This document shows positions 8,990-19,750 of a stretch of DNA of 64,000 nucleotides, in pieces; the stretch's first letter is position 1; every line of letters starts with the position of its first letter. Under the pieces are notes generated by a model, which was not told the origin of the DNA, did not search any database, and saw only the letters and a program-made list of their open reading frames with translations. The DNA comes from Candidatus Marinacidobacterales bacterium. Its GTDB lineage: Bacteria; Acidobacteriota; Vicinamibacteria; Marinacidobacterales; DATDRI01. The stretch covers positions 2,112,001-2,176,000 of the forward strand of contig OZ245365.1 in the NCBI GenBank assembly GCA_965226495.1. Direction: 5' to 3'. A program made the translations under genes and the position numbers.

Positions 8990-10044
8990 AACGAATACCC
9001 ATCGTTCTTCTCGGCTTCGGCAAGGTTGGACAGACCTTTGCGTCGCTCCTCGCCGAGCGGAAGGGTTTCAAGGAAGAAGGTGTCCTGCTCGAGTTGGTGG
9101 GGATCTTTGACCGAAGCGGAGGGCTAATGGGCGAGGGATTACCCATTCCGGAAATCGTGGCTGCGAAGCGCGCGGGGGCCAGCGTTTCGGCATTACCCGG
9201 GATTTTTGGGGGACATCGGGAGAGTACCGTCTTGGGCGGGCTGTCCAGTCTCCCCGAGTGGCCCGGAGCCATTCTGGTTGACGCCAGCCCGACCGACCCG
9301 AAGACGGGCGAGCCCGGGCTTTCCGCAGTGCGTCATGCTCTGGAACGTGGGCATTCGGTAGTTCTCGCGAGCAAGGGGCCTCTGGTGCACGCTTTCGGCG
9401 ACTTGGTGGCGCTGGCTCGCCGACAGACGTGTCAGATTGGAATTTCGGCCGCCGTTGGGACGCCACTACCAAGTCTAGAGACGATGCACCTCAGTTTGCG
9501 AGGGGCGGGGCTGCGGGGCTTTCGCGGAATCTTTAACGAAACGTCCAACCGTATTCTCATCAAGATGGAAGCGGGAATGTCGTATGAGGCAGCGGTGGAA
9601 AACGCTCGGAGTGCGGGCATTCTCGAGCCCGATCCGAGCTTGGACCTCGAGGGTTGGGACACCGCTTTCAAAGTGCTCATCCTGGCCCGTTCGTTTTGGG
9701 GCGCGGAGATTCCGCTCGACGCCGTCCGCGTCGAAGGCATCACCGAAGTGACCGCTGAGCAATTATCCCGAATTCAAGAGGCGGGGCGGAAGCTTCGCCT
9801 CATCGGTTCGGCTCGGTCGCGGAATCCGGGCGGCGACGTGGAGATTGGAGTCGCACCCGAGGAGATTGGTCCCGACGATCCGTTCTACCCGCTTGCTGCC
9901 GGTGAAAAAGGAGCCGAATTCGACTCAGACCTCATGGGTCGCTTCGTTATTCGGAGTGGTAAGGGGGGGCCTTTGACCACCGCCGCCGCATTGGTGAAAG
10001 ACATTCTGAATATCGCCCACCATCCAACACCGTTTGCCCTCTAG
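8944..10044 (+). CDS. hom: Homoserine dehydrogenase (short form, no ACT domain)
   Basis: Rossmann GFGKVG, ASKGPL, EPDPSLDLEGWDTAFK; true start probably near 8986, overlapping the upstream stop. Confidence 0.8.
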   Translation: MGKLLEHSHLRGLTLKRIPIVLLGFGKVGQTFASLLAERKGFKEEGVLLELVGIFDRSGGLMGEGLPIPEIVAAKRAGASVSALPGIFGGHRESTVLGGLSSLPEWPGAILVDASPTDPKTGEPGLSAVRHALERGHSVVLASKGPLVHAFGDLVALARRQTCQIGISAAVGTPLPSLETMHLSLRGAGLRGFRGIFNETSNRILIKMEAGMSYEAAVENARSAGILEPDPSLDLEGWDTAFKVLILARSFWGAEIPLDAVRVEGITEVTAEQLSRIQEAGRKLRLIGSARSRNPGGDVEIGVAPEEIGPDDPFYPLAAGEKGAEFDSDLMGRFVIRSGKGGPLTTAAALVKDILNIAHHPTPFAL

Positions 10045-10263
10045 TGTCCTGTATCAGTGGAGCGTTGCCTAAAGCTCGAGGCCATTTTGTGGGCTGGCGA
10101 GGCGTGACGACGAAGTCATATCTGGATATTTCTACCGCCTTCCGCAGCGAGTCTGCCGAGCGGAGGGCTAGGCCGAAGGCCGAACTGCAACGAATGCCAC
10201 AACGAAGTCAGCGTGCAAAAGGGGCCGAGATTTAGGTGACGAATTACTGATACAGGGCACTAG
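10041..10263. mobile_element. MITE-like element with CTAG ends
   Basis: Terminal IRs ctagtgtcctgtatcagt / actgatacagggcactag (17/18), with imperfect pairing extending to about 48 bp; no transposase. Confidence 0.8.
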
Positions 10264-10266
10264 CTT

Positions 10267-11202
10267 TTAGTCGAACAGCCGGCCTTGGCCGTCCAGGGCA
10301 TCCTGGTCATTCTGCGCGTCTCGTTTCGAGGCGGGGGCAGTCGCTTCGGCGACCTCTTTCAGCACCGGATAAGCGGCGACCAAGGAGGCGGGGGCCCCTA
10401 CCTTGCCCGAAGCGAGCTTGGCCTTGATCTGGAGTGCATTGACCGCAGCCTTGCCTCGGAAGTGGTTGTTGGTGATCACGTAGGTCTCGGCGGATTCTTC
10501 CGCAACCTGGGAGATTTTGTCCATCCAAGGATCTAGCTCGCTTTCGGCGTACAAATAGTCGTAACGTGCGTCTCGCCCCGCGTCTTCTCGAAACCAGTCT
10601 TGGTAGTTTCGGCCGTGCAGGCGGACATACCCAACCGGTCCGGTAGCCTTTTGGGATGGACCGATGGAGCGACCGATGCGTGGCTGATCGATGTTGCAAA
10701 AGCCGATGTGTTTGTCGGTCAGGTACTCATAGAACTCCGGTTGGTCCCAAGATGAGTGGCGCACCTCGGTGACCAACGGATAGTCCGCGAAGCGATCGGT
10801 CAAGTGCTCGAGGTAGTCTCGGGAGTCGGAGTCGTTCTTGAAGGACCAAGGAAACTGCAGCAGCATCGCGCCGAGCTTCCCTGCCTCGACGAGAGGAAGC
10901 AGTCCGTCCTTGACCGCCTTCTCATCCGATGAAGAAGCCGAGCGGTCGTGCGTGAACGCTTTGTAGAGTTTCACTGTGAAACGAAAATGCGGATTCGCTT
11001 CACTCCGCCGGGCCCATGAGCTGGTCATTCCACGATGAGCGGGGCGGTAGAACGTACTGTTGACCTCGATCGTATCGTAGAAGTCGACCAAATAGCTCAG
11101 CGGGTCGAAACGCGGCGCTCGGTGGGCGGGGTATACGATGCCGTTCCAGTCCGCGTAGGACCAACCGGCGACCCCGACGCGAATAGGACGCGGTTGGCTC
11201 AT
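10267..11202 (-). CDS. DUF72 (YecE) family protein
   Basis: GVAGWSYADW, EVNSTFY, LLQFP, EVRHSSW, YVRLHGRN, YDYLY, NNH. Confidence 0.92.
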   Translation of the reverse strand: MSQPRPIRVGVAGWSYADWNGIVYPAHRAPRFDPLSYLVDFYDTIEVNSTFYRPAHRGMTSSWARRSEANPHFRFTVKLYKAFTHDRSASSSDEKAVKDGLLPLVEAGKLGAMLLQFPWSFKNDSDSRDYLEHLTDRFADYPLVTEVRHSSWDQPEFYEYLTDKHIGFCNIDQPRIGRSIGPSQKATGPVGYVRLHGRNYQDWFREDAGRDARYDYLYAESELDPWMDKISQVAEESAETYVITNNHFRGKAAVNALQIKAKLASGKVGAPASLVAAYPVLKEVAEATAPASKRDAQNDQDALDGQGRLFD

Positions 11203-11238
11203 GAAACGGTGACTCCGACGCAGTTGTGGGTCGAGCGA

Positions 11239-11700
11239 TCAGCTGGCGATGAGCCCCAAAGACTTGAGCCAGAGATCGGCGCGCTCACGCGACCGGCCGC
11301 GATAATAAGCTCGCCATTTTTCTCGAGTCTCACGGTGCCGGACGACAAGATCTTGGAACTGGGAGCCGTCGTGGTCAGACTCGATCACCTTGGCCACTTT
11401 CGCTTTGAGCTCTCCGTCATCGAGCGATTCGACGAAGGCGTCTTGCTCCTTTAGCTCCTCCTCCAACGTGAGCTTGGGAACCGGAAGGTAGCGCTTTTCA
11501 CCATCGGCTTCGATCTGCCAAGCGATTTCCTCGGTCTCGGCGTCGACGTGGTCTTCCAGGAAACTAAACACCTTTCCGGTGTCCCGGTCCAGGTAGTAGC
11601 TGCGGGCCGGCGATTCGTCATCAAAGGCGACCACCAGTCCCTCCAGATCGATGCTAACGGATGCCATTTCCTCCTCTCTTTTCTTGTTTTGGGATTCCAT
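11239..11700 (-). CDS. UPF0158 family protein
   Basis: YYLDRDTGKV, RYLPVP, acidic composition, C-terminal WLKSLG. Confidence 0.75.
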   Translation of the reverse strand: MESQNKKREEEMASVSIDLEGLVVAFDDESPARSYYLDRDTGKVFSFLEDHVDAETEEIAWQIEADGEKRYLPVPKLTLEEELKEQDAFVESLDDGELKAKVAKVIESDHDGSQFQDLVVRHRETREKWRAYYRGRSRERADLWLKSLGLIAS

Positions 11701-11864
11701 TGGGCGCGGACTACCTCAGCTTATAGGCAGTTCTCTTCAATGATGGAGGTTTGGAGTTCGTCGCGGGGAGACATAACGGAAGTAGTTGCGGTGAGTAAAA
11801 ATATTCTAATCCCCGGCGGGAGGCAAAGCAAATGCGATATCGGAATCGGTCTCGCCGGCCTCGC

Positions 11865-12848
11865 TCAGAAGCGAATCCTGACCTGGTCTCCTTCCTGGAC
11901 GTGAATGGTGTCCACGAAACGAACGTAGCGTGGGCTGGTGCTCATTACGAGCGATTCTGTACGGGCTCCGTCGCCAAAGAATCGTAGTCCCTTCAACAGA
12001 TCTCCCGCCGTGACTCCGGTCGCGGCGAAAATGATGTTCTTGCCGGGGGCAAGATCCTTGGTACGGTACAGGCGGTTCGGATCAGAGATGCCCATTTTTG
12101 CCATCCGGTCTTCGTCGGACGCCTGGAGAACCTTGAGTCGCCCCACGATCTCTCCGTTCAAGCATCGCATGGCGGCGGCGGTCAACACACCTTCCGGAGC
12201 GCCTCCCGCTCCCATCACCGCATGGATTCCGCTTCCGATGACGGCGGCGGTGATCCCGGCGGAAAGGTCGCCGTCGGTAATGAGCTTGATCCGCGCCCCG
12301 GCCTGGCGAATGTCCTGGATCAATTTCTCATGGCGGGGACGATCCAGTACGACAATGACTAGATCTTGGACCTTTCGATTCAGGCGACGCGCGATGGCTT
12401 GCAAGTTGTCAGCGACCGGCGCATCCAGCTCGACCTCGCCCTTGCAGGAAGGTCCAACGACTATCTTGTCCATGTAAATGTCGGGTGCATGGAGCAGTCC
12501 ACCTCGCTCGGAGGCGGCCATCACCGCGATGGCGTTAGCAGTCCCCGTAGCGCACAAATTCGTACCTTCGAGCGGGTCCACCGCGATGTCGATTTCGGGG
12601 GCCCCGGCTGAGCGATCTCCTACCTTTTCGCCGATGTAGAGCATCGGCGCCTTGTCCCGCTCACCTTCGCCAATGACGATGGTGCCGTCCATGGCCACCG
12701 ACTCCATGACCCGCCGCATTTCCTCGACGGCCACATGGTCTGAGCCCTTGCGATCGCCTTGTCCCATCGTACGCGCGGCGGCGATGGCCGCCGCTTCGGT
12801 GACGCGGAGGAACTCGAGGGATAGATCTTTGGCGATATCGGCTCTCAC
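11865..12848 (-). CDS. glpX: Class II fructose-1,6-bisphosphatase
   Basis: [38 protein letters not shown]. Confidence 0.97.
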   Translation of the reverse strand: MRADIAKDLSLEFLRVTEAAAIAAARTMGQGDRKGSDHVAVEEMRRVMESVAMDGTIVIGEGERDKAPMLYIGEKVGDRSAGAPEIDIAVDPLEGTNLCATGTANAIAVMAASERGGLLHAPDIYMDKIVVGPSCKGEVELDAPVADNLQAIARRLNRKVQDLVIVVLDRPRHEKLIQDIRQAGARIKLITDGDLSAGITAAVIGSGIHAVMGAGGAPEGVLTAAAMRCLNGEIVGRLKVLQASDEDRMAKMGISDPNRLYRTKDLAPGKNIIFAATGVTAGDLLKGLRFFGDGARTESLVMSTSPRYVRFVDTIHVQEGDQVRIRF

Positions 12849-12893
12849 GGACGTCTATTTATCAAGGAATGGCTCGAATCGCAACAGGGGGGA

Positions 12894-12926
12894 CCCTCAC
12901 CCAGGCCCTCTCCCAAAGGGAGAGGG
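12894..12926. repeat. REP-like palindrome (CCCTCTCCC/GGGAGAGGG family)
   Basis: ccctcacccaggccctctcccaaagggagaggg; degenerate copy near 13003-13022; related element at 60261-60311. Confidence 0.65.
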
Positions 12927-13044
12927 AGGAAGCCAGCATCGATTGCTTCACCCGGCGTCTGACCACGTGTATTGTGGCATGACGTTCAATTGACGCCCGG
13001 AGTCCTCCCAGAGGGAGAGGGGTTAGAGGACGAAGAGACTAATA

Positions 13045-13857
13045 TTAGCGATGTTTCCAGACCGGCTTTCGCTTCTCGAGAAAAGCCCGAATGCCTTCTT
13101 TGGCGTCCTCGGTGGACATGAGCTGGTTGAGGTAGATCTCTTCGACGTGCTTGAGGGCATCTTCAAAGGGAAGGTTGACGACGTCCGAGACTGCTCTACG
13201 CGTGTAGCGCAAGACAGGAGCGCTGAAGCCCTTCAAGAAGTCGATCCAACGCTGAACCTCCGCATCGAGTTGGTCAGGGGCGACGGACCTACTGATGAGC
13301 CCGACACTCTCCGCCTCACGCGCAGTGAGCACTCTCCCGGTCAAGATGATCTCGAAGGCTTTGTGTAGCCCGATAAGCCGAGAGTAAAGAACGCAGGCCA
13401 CCGAGGGGAAGATTCCGACTTTGATCTCGGGCTGCCCGAGTTTTGCATCGTCGGCGGAGAAGCAGAAGTCGCAGCACGCCGCTAGCTCGCAGCCGCCGCC
13501 TAAGGCCATTCCCTTCACTACCGAAATGCTTACCGCCTCCAGCTCGATAAGACTTCGAAAGATGCGATGGAATGCCTCTAGCATTTGGTACGTTTTTTCC
13601 TCAGTGTGATCGGCAATATCCAGGCCGCCGGAGAACGACTTATCGCTTCCCTCGAAGAGGATGATCTTGGTGTCCTGCATCATGCCCACGGCGTCGATTG
13701 CGTGGCCGATCTCTTCGAGCATGGGGATGTTCATTACGTTGTAGGGGGGGCGGTTCAACGTCACACGAACGACATCGCCCTCTTTTTGTAGCTGGATGAA
13801 CTTGTAGTCTGTGGGGCCTTGGGAACTGGTGGCCGTAGCTTCGAGCCGTTCTTCCAT
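13045..13857 (-). CDS. Enoyl-CoA hydratase/isomerase family protein
   Basis: LNRPPYN, FSGGLD, GMALGGGCEL, GQPEIKVG, EGIRAFLEKRKP. Confidence 0.92.
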   Translation of the reverse strand: MEERLEATATSSQGPTDYKFIQLQKEGDVVRVTLNRPPYNVMNIPMLEEIGHAIDAVGMMQDTKIILFEGSDKSFSGGLDIADHTEEKTYQMLEAFHRIFRSLIELEAVSISVVKGMALGGGCELAACCDFCFSADDAKLGQPEIKVGIFPSVACVLYSRLIGLHKAFEIILTGRVLTAREAESVGLISRSVAPDQLDAEVQRWIDFLKGFSAPVLRYTRRAVSDVVNLPFEDALKHVEEIYLNQLMSTEDAKEGIRAFLEKRKPVWKHR

Positions 13858-14164
13858 GACAGTTCTCTCCTCAGGCACGAAACCCAAAGGGGTTCACTAA
13901 CGAAGTTCTACGTGCGAAATACTTGTATTTCGTATCCTAGCATAGCGGCTTGTCGGCTTTCAAACTGGCTTGGCCCTGCGGAGAGGCCTGACCCTACCAG
14001 CTCGCGGCGTTTTTTTGGGGTAAGATGGGTGGCGGCTTCGTTTTGACGGGCTATCCGGTTATGGTAGAAAATAGAAGGAGATAGCTCCCCTGCCAGGATG
14101 AAGATGAGAGAGATGCGAAAGACGAGGGAACCTAACACGTCATCCAACCAAAACAGGCCGAAAA

Positions 14165-15337
14165 GTGTCAATCTATCTGGACTATAACGCCACCACCCCG
14201 GTCGCTCCGGAGGTACTCGAGGCGATGCTGCCTTACCTCCGGGAAGAATTCGGCAATCCTTCCAGCATCCACTCCCACGGGCAGAGAGCGAAGGCGGCCC
14301 TATACGATGCCCGCGAACAAGTAGCCAGCCTTATCGGTGCGAGCCCCAATGAGATCTTGTTTACCAGCGGCGGAACAGAAGCCGATAACCTGGCGATCCT
14401 GGGAGTGCTCGACGGGGCGGAGGGAGGACGCAATCACCTGATTACTTCTATGGTAGAGCACCACGCGGTTTTGAACACCATGAAGGCCCTCGCCAAGAAG
14501 GGCGTGCGGGTTACCTTTCTCAAAGTGGATCGCGCCGGGAAAGTCTCGCCTGATGAATTGGACAAGGCTTTGAGTTCGGAGACACTGTTGGTGTCGATTA
14601 TGCACGCGAACAATGAGACCGGCGTCGCGCAACCCATCGCCGAGCTTAGCCGACAGGCTCATGAAGCGGGGGCCTACTTTCACACCGACGCCGTTCAATC
14701 CGTCGGAAAACTCGCAGTCAGCGTCGATGCACTAGGGATCGATCTGCTTTCTCTTTCGGGTCACAAGATATACGGGCCCAAGGGAATTGGAGCTCTGTAC
14801 GTAAGAAGGGGTGTGAAGATCCGCCCGGTGTTCCGTGGCGGTGGGCAAGAGAGGGCGCGCCGTCCCGGGACCGAGAACCTCGCCGGAATAGTCGGTCTCG
14901 GTCGTGCCGCGGAATTGGCGGAAGCCGAGTTGCACGACGGTGCCATTCGACTCGCCGCCCTTAGGGACGAGCTGACGAGGAACGTTCTCGTCCGAATTCC
15001 CGGTACTCGTGTCAATGGCACCAACGGAGAGGGCGTGGAGCGCACGCCCAATACGGTGAACTTCAGTTTCGATGGTGTGGAAGGCGAGATGTTGATCATA
15101 GCCCTGGATCTCAAGGGCTGCTCGGTTTCTACTGGGGCAGCCTGCTCGTCGGGCACCGTGGAGCCTTCCCATGTCTTGATGGCGATGGGGCTCGGGTCGG
15201 AACGGGTGCAGGGCTCGATCCGGGTGAGTCTGGGAAAGTACACAACTACCGAAGAAACCGAACTCTTTGTGGATCTGCTCGAGTCGACGGTAGAATCCGT
15301 TCGCGGTCATGCTCGCAGTGGAGCACTTCGCGCCTAG
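14165..15337 (+). CDS. iscS: Cysteine desulfurase (IscS/NifS group)
   Basis: YLDYNATT, TSGGTE, HTDAVQ, SGHK (PLP Lys), STGAACSS (catalytic Cys). Confidence 0.95.
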   Translation: MSIYLDYNATTPVAPEVLEAMLPYLREEFGNPSSIHSHGQRAKAALYDAREQVASLIGASPNEILFTSGGTEADNLAILGVLDGAEGGRNHLITSMVEHHAVLNTMKALAKKGVRVTFLKVDRAGKVSPDELDKALSSETLLVSIMHANNETGVAQPIAELSRQAHEAGAYFHTDAVQSVGKLAVSVDALGIDLLSLSGHKIYGPKGIGALYVRRGVKIRPVFRGGGQERARRPGTENLAGIVGLGRAAELAEAELHDGAIRLAALRDELTRNVLVRIPGTRVNGTNGEGVERTPNTVNFSFDGVEGEMLIIALDLKGCSVSTGAACSSGTVEPSHVLMAMGLGSERVQGSIRVSLGKYTTTEETELFVDLLESTVESVRGHARSGALRA

Positions 15338-15447
15338 TGCACTAACGCGCACGAAACAGTAAAGACCGTTCCAACTCTCAGCTCGTTGGGTGACAGTTTT
15401 CCGTAATTTTACTTAAATCAGAACCGGGAAGCGAGCGGGAGGAACAG

Positions 15448-17019
15448 GTGATGGTCAAGTGTGCTAAGTGTGGCTATGAGGGCGAGGGCGATTCCTGCGC
15501 ACGGTGCGGAGTTATCTTCTCCAGACTCCGACCCGGTACACCTCAAGGGAGTGCGAGGTCGGCCGGCCCACGGAGAACCGCTCACCGTCAACCCAAACCG
15601 CCATCAGCGCCCGCTTTTTCCTTCTTGAATGTGATCGTGCTGGCGAGCGTCCTAGTACTTGTCGGTGCCGCCGCTTGGCATTTCGTCGAACGCGCGTCTC
15701 AGCGGTCGACTGAGCAATCCCCGGTTGCAACGACCCCGAAGTTGGAGGGCGGGTCACTGACGAGCTCCGCCGACGTCCCGATTGGCGGGGAGATAACGGA
15801 ACTGTCGGGTGGGGGCGCGGTGCTTTCCATGCCCGGATTCGCGGGGGGGGAAACAACAGGCGACGAAATCATGATGCCCCCGGCGGGGGCCAAGGTATCA
15901 CTTCCGACTCTGAGTGTGCGAACCGTAACTGCGGCGGACATTCAAAAGGTCATCGACATTGCGGAGCAGCACCCTGGGGACGAGCGGTTTGCCGATTTCG
16001 TTGCCAAGGCTCATCTCTTGCTGGCGCTTCGTTACTTCTCCGAGGGTCGCTATCGAGAGACCCTCGCTTCTGCGTCGGAGGCCGAAGCGTGGGGTGCCGA
16101 GCCGAGAGACGTCGCGAGATTGAGTGCCCGAACGTACCTGGAGCTACAAGACTTGAGTGATGCTCTCAAGTGGGCTCAGGCGGCGCTTGCCTTTGGACCG
16201 GATCCAGATATGTACTCGATCCTGGGGAATGTCTACTACCTGCGTGAAGAGCTGGACAGGGCGATCGAAGCATGGCAGCACTCCCTGGCCCTTCGGAACG
16301 ACCCAACGGTTAGGGCTTCGCTGGAAAAGGCGATCCGAGAGGAGGCAATCGCCGAGAACTTCGACAAGCAGAGATTGTCACACTTCATCGTGAAGTACGA
16401 AGGCGAGACCATGGAAGACACCGGCCGGCTGGTGCTCGGGTCGCTCGAGCGGAGCTACGGATTCCTTAAGTCTCGCCTCGATTTCGAGCCTAAAGAGCCG
16501 GTGGTGGTAATTCTTTATGCCCGACGCGATTATAACGAGCTCGGAGGGCCCAAATGGTCGGCCGGCCTGTTCGATGGAAAGGTGCGCGTGCCAGTCCGGG
16601 GTCTGCAGAACCTGGACCGGCACGTGGAGTCGACGCTGCGACACGAGTTGACGCACGCGTTCTTGTACGCGCAGGCGGGAAAGAACTGTCCCCGGTGGTT
16701 GCAAGAGGGGATGGCCGAGTACTCCGAGGGCACGGATGCCAGCCAATACGGCAAGATGCTAGCCCAAAGGATCGACCAGGATGGCGACTTCGCGTACTGT
16801 TTAGTCGGAGTGAGGTGCGATGTGCGCCTGTACTACCCCGCCGCAACTTCGGTGGTCGACTACATCATCAAAAATCGCGGCATGGGTGGTGTCAAGGACA
16901 TCCTGAGCTTGCTCGGCGAGGGTTATAACATCGATCAGGCCCTCAACGAGGTGGTAGGACGGGACGAGATGGGTCTGATGAAAGAGTGGCAGCATTTCGT
17001 CAAAAGAAGATATTTGTAG
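15448..17019 (+). CDS. Zn-ribbon + TM + TPR + peptidase MA (gluzincin) protein
   Basis: CAKC..CARC; TM helix; TPR helices; HELTH...PRWLQEGMAEY. Confidence 0.8.
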   Translation: MMVKCAKCGYEGEGDSCARCGVIFSRLRPGTPQGSARSAGPRRTAHRQPKPPSAPAFSFLNVIVLASVLVLVGAAAWHFVERASQRSTEQSPVATTPKLEGGSLTSSADVPIGGEITELSGGGAVLSMPGFAGGETTGDEIMMPPAGAKVSLPTLSVRTVTAADIQKVIDIAEQHPGDERFADFVAKAHLLLALRYFSEGRYRETLASASEAEAWGAEPRDVARLSARTYLELQDLSDALKWAQAALAFGPDPDMYSILGNVYYLREELDRAIEAWQHSLALRNDPTVRASLEKAIREEAIAENFDKQRLSHFIVKYEGETMEDTGRLVLGSLERSYGFLKSRLDFEPKEPVVVILYARRDYNELGGPKWSAGLFDGKVRVPVRGLQNLDRHVESTLRHELTHAFLYAQAGKNCPRWLQEGMAEYSEGTDASQYGKMLAQRIDQDGDFAYCLVGVRCDVRLYYPAATSVVDYIIKNRGMGGVKDILSLLGEGYNIDQALNEVVGRDEMGLMKEWQHFVKRRYL

Positions 17020-17060
17020 GAGACTGGACAAAAGCCTCGTTTCAGGAAATGATCTAGACC

Positions 17061-17639
17061 ATGATTCGCGTCGTCTGTCCCGGCTGCAAGGCCAAGTACC
17101 GTTTCGACGAAGCTCGCCTGGGAGGTAAGTCCTCGGTGCGGGCCAAATGTCAGAAGTGCGGGGAGCCCATCGAGGTCTCCGCCGAAGCGCCGGTGCCCGA
17201 GGCCTCCGCCGGCGCTGCCCCTGCCCAGCGTGAGCCGACCGCCCGCAAGACCGCTCGGGTTCAGCGGATGCGCTCGGACATCGACGATCGGACGATGAAT
17301 CCGGCGCAGGCGCCGTCGGAATTGCTCGAGCTTCCGTCCGATCACAAGTACTCGCTAGCCGTTCTCCAGGGGAAGGCGAGCGGCGAAATCTTTCCCATCA
17401 ACAAGCCCCGCATGACCATGGGACGAGCCGACTGCGATATCGTGCTGGATGACCCGGAATGCTCGCGCGAGCATGCGGTCGTCGAGGTGTTGGGCTCTCG
17501 CGTTGTTATCCGCGACCTAGGGAGCACTAACGGCACATTCGTTGGCGGTAAGCGCATCGACGAAGACGAGCTCGAAAATCACAGCGAGTTCAGGGTCGGT
17601 GAGCACGTTCTCATGCTGATCATTACGAGTCTGGAGTAA
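17061..17639 (+). CDS. MJ0042-type Zn-ribbon + FHA domain protein
   Basis: CPGCKAKY...CQKC; [18 protein letters not shown]. Confidence 0.88.
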   Translation: MIRVVCPGCKAKYRFDEARLGGKSSVRAKCQKCGEPIEVSAEAPVPEASAGAAPAQREPTARKTARVQRMRSDIDDRTMNPAQAPSELLELPSDHKYSLAVLQGKASGEIFPINKPRMTMGRADCDIVLDDPECSREHAVVEVLGSRVVIRDLGSTNGTFVGGKRIDEDELENHSEFRVGEHVLMLIITSLE

Positions 17640-17653
17640 ATGCCATCGAGACA

Positions 17654-18745
17654 TTGAACGAGTCCCTGACAGGCCTGACGGGGCCTGTCGTTGTTGCCCT
17701 CAGTGGCGGTGTGGACAGCTCGGTGGCGGCACTTCTGCTGAAACGGGCTGGAGCCTCGCCAATAGGTCTCTCGATGCAGCTCTACGATCAGCGGGAAGCC
17801 GTCTCCGGTCGTAGCTGCTGCGCATTGGATGATCTTTATGACGCGAGGCGAGTAGCGTCAATCCTAGGCATCCCGTACTACGTGATGAGAATGGAGAAGG
17901 CATTTGTCGAGCGGGTTATTGATCCCTTCGTCTCGGATTACCTCGCGGGGCGGACTCCCTCACCGTGCGTTCTCTGTAATAGTTACCTGAAGTTTGACGA
18001 GCTCGTTACGCGCGCCCGGCAGCTCGGTGGGGGGCCAGTGGCCACCGGGCACTATGCGCGCCGCGATTTGGACGAAGCGACGGGGCGCCACCGCCTCCTC
18101 AAGGGGGTCGACGGCACCAAGGATCAATCTTATTTTTTGTTCGGGTTGAGCCAGGAACAGTTGGCCAACGCGGTGTTTCCCCTCGGGGAGTTGACCAAGC
18201 CCGCGGTCAGGGCGCTTGCCGCCGAGGCGGGGTTACCGGTTGCTTCCAAAAACGAGAGCATGGACATTTGTTTCGTCCCAGATGGGAACTACCAGGGCTT
18301 CGTGGAGCGTCGAGCCGAGCCGGTGGCAGTGGGGGGGGCCATCGTCGACCAAGCGGGGCAGGAGCTGGGGCGCCACGATGGTGTTCATCGATACACGGTT
18401 GGGCAGCGGCGTGGACTCGGGCTGAGCGCCAGCGAGCCACTCTACGTGATCGACCTGCAGCCTGAAGCGAAGCAGGTGGTTGTCGGGCCGCGCGCCGCTT
18501 TGGACAAAAACCGTCTCGTAGCCGAGCGAGTGAACTGGATGTCACGCGCGGAGCCAACGGGCCGGATTCGTTGTCGAGTGAAGATCCGGTCTCGTCACCA
18601 AGAAGCCCCGGCGTCACTGGAGCCTCGGGAGGATGGCTCGGTTCAAGTCGATTTCGATGCCCCGCAGCGAGCGATTACGTCAGGACAGGCGGCAGTTTTC
18701 TATGAAGACGATGTCGTACTTGGTGGGGGATGGATCGACGCCTGA
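17654..18745 (+). CDS. mnmA: tRNA 2-thiouridylase
   Basis: [43 protein letters not shown]. Confidence 0.97.
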   Translation: MNESLTGLTGPVVVALSGGVDSSVAALLLKRAGASPIGLSMQLYDQREAVSGRSCCALDDLYDARRVASILGIPYYVMRMEKAFVERVIDPFVSDYLAGRTPSPCVLCNSYLKFDELVTRARQLGGGPVATGHYARRDLDEATGRHRLLKGVDGTKDQSYFLFGLSQEQLANAVFPLGELTKPAVRALAAEAGLPVASKNESMDICFVPDGNYQGFVERRAEPVAVGGAIVDQAGQELGRHDGVHRYTVGQRRGLGLSASEPLYVIDLQPEAKQVVVGPRAALDKNRLVAERVNWMSRAEPTGRIRCRVKIRSRHQEAPASLEPREDGSVQVDFDAPQRAITSGQAAVFYEDDVVLGGGWIDA

Positions 18746-18916
18746 CTACCTTCTTCATAGGTAGCACCTCGGTATATTGGCGTCCCGCAGGAGCGGCCAA
18801 TGCGCCTCGCGAGGTTGATAGTAGCAACCACCTGTTTTGGCGCTCATATAGCGATCCGACGAGCGCCTGACTAGCTCCACAGCAGCGACCCCGTGAAGCG
18901 ACGGCCGCAGGTCCTC

Positions 18917-19684
18917 CTACGTCGCCTCCTGTCGTAGTTTTTCCAACGCGATCCGAGCTGCTTTGAGTTCGGCCTTCTTTTTCGTCGAGCCGGACGTCGT
19001 CGCAAGTTTTCGATCTCCCACGAGCAAGTCGACATGGAAGGTCTTGCGGTGCTCGGGTCCTTTCACTTTGATGATCACGTATTGGGCCGGCGGTAGGTTT
19101 TGGGCCTGGAGATGCTCCTGAAGCGTGGTTTTGGGATCCTCGACCGTGACACCTTTACCTTGCACCTCGGTGAAAAGGGGAGCGTAGAGTGGTTCCACGA
19201 ATGCACGTGCCGCGTCGATGCCGGCATCAAGATAAATAGCCGCCACCACCGCCTCCAATGCATTCGCCCGCAACGCTTGCTTTTGCCTCCCTCCCGTTTT
19301 TTCTTCACCCTTGCCGAGCCGGAGGTATTTGGCGAGGTCGAGGTTCAAGGCCAGCTTGGAAAGGGCCACCGCGCTCACCAGATAGGCCTTGATCTTGGAC
19401 TTGTGACCTTCGTCGAGTCCGGGAAAACGATCGTAAATGATGTCGGTGATGAGGAAACCGAGAATGGAGTCTCCCAAGAACTCTAGGGACTCGTTGTCTG
19501 CGGAGCCTTCTCCGGCTTCGTGAGCGAAGGACTTGTGGGTCAATGCTTTTTCCAGCAGAGTTGGATCTTCAAAAGCATGCCCCAACGTTTCTTGGAGCTC
19601 CGCCAGGTCGGAGCTCGAGTTGGAGTTGCTCCAACTCGTCGGCTCTACAGACATTGGCCCTCGATTCGAACGTTGGGCAGGCAT
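18917..19684 (-). CDS. rnc: Ribonuclease III
   Basis: ALTHKS, NESLEFLGD, EAVVAAIYLD, dsRBD PKTTLQE; start may be slightly downstream. Confidence 0.95.
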   Translation of the reverse strand: MPAQRSNRGPMSVEPTSWSNSNSSSDLAELQETLGHAFEDPTLLEKALTHKSFAHEAGEGSADNESLEFLGDSILGFLITDIIYDRFPGLDEGHKSKIKAYLVSAVALSKLALNLDLAKYLRLGKGEEKTGGRQKQALRANALEAVVAAIYLDAGIDAARAFVEPLYAPLFTEVQGKGVTVEDPKTTLQEHLQAQNLPPAQYVIIKVKGPEHRKTFHVDLLVGDRKLATTSGSTKKKAELKAARIALEKLRQEAT

Positions 19685-19750
19685 CTCGATCCGCGACTCC
19701 GGGCACCAACAATGGGGAAGGTACCGGCAGTCAATGGATGGGCGATCATC

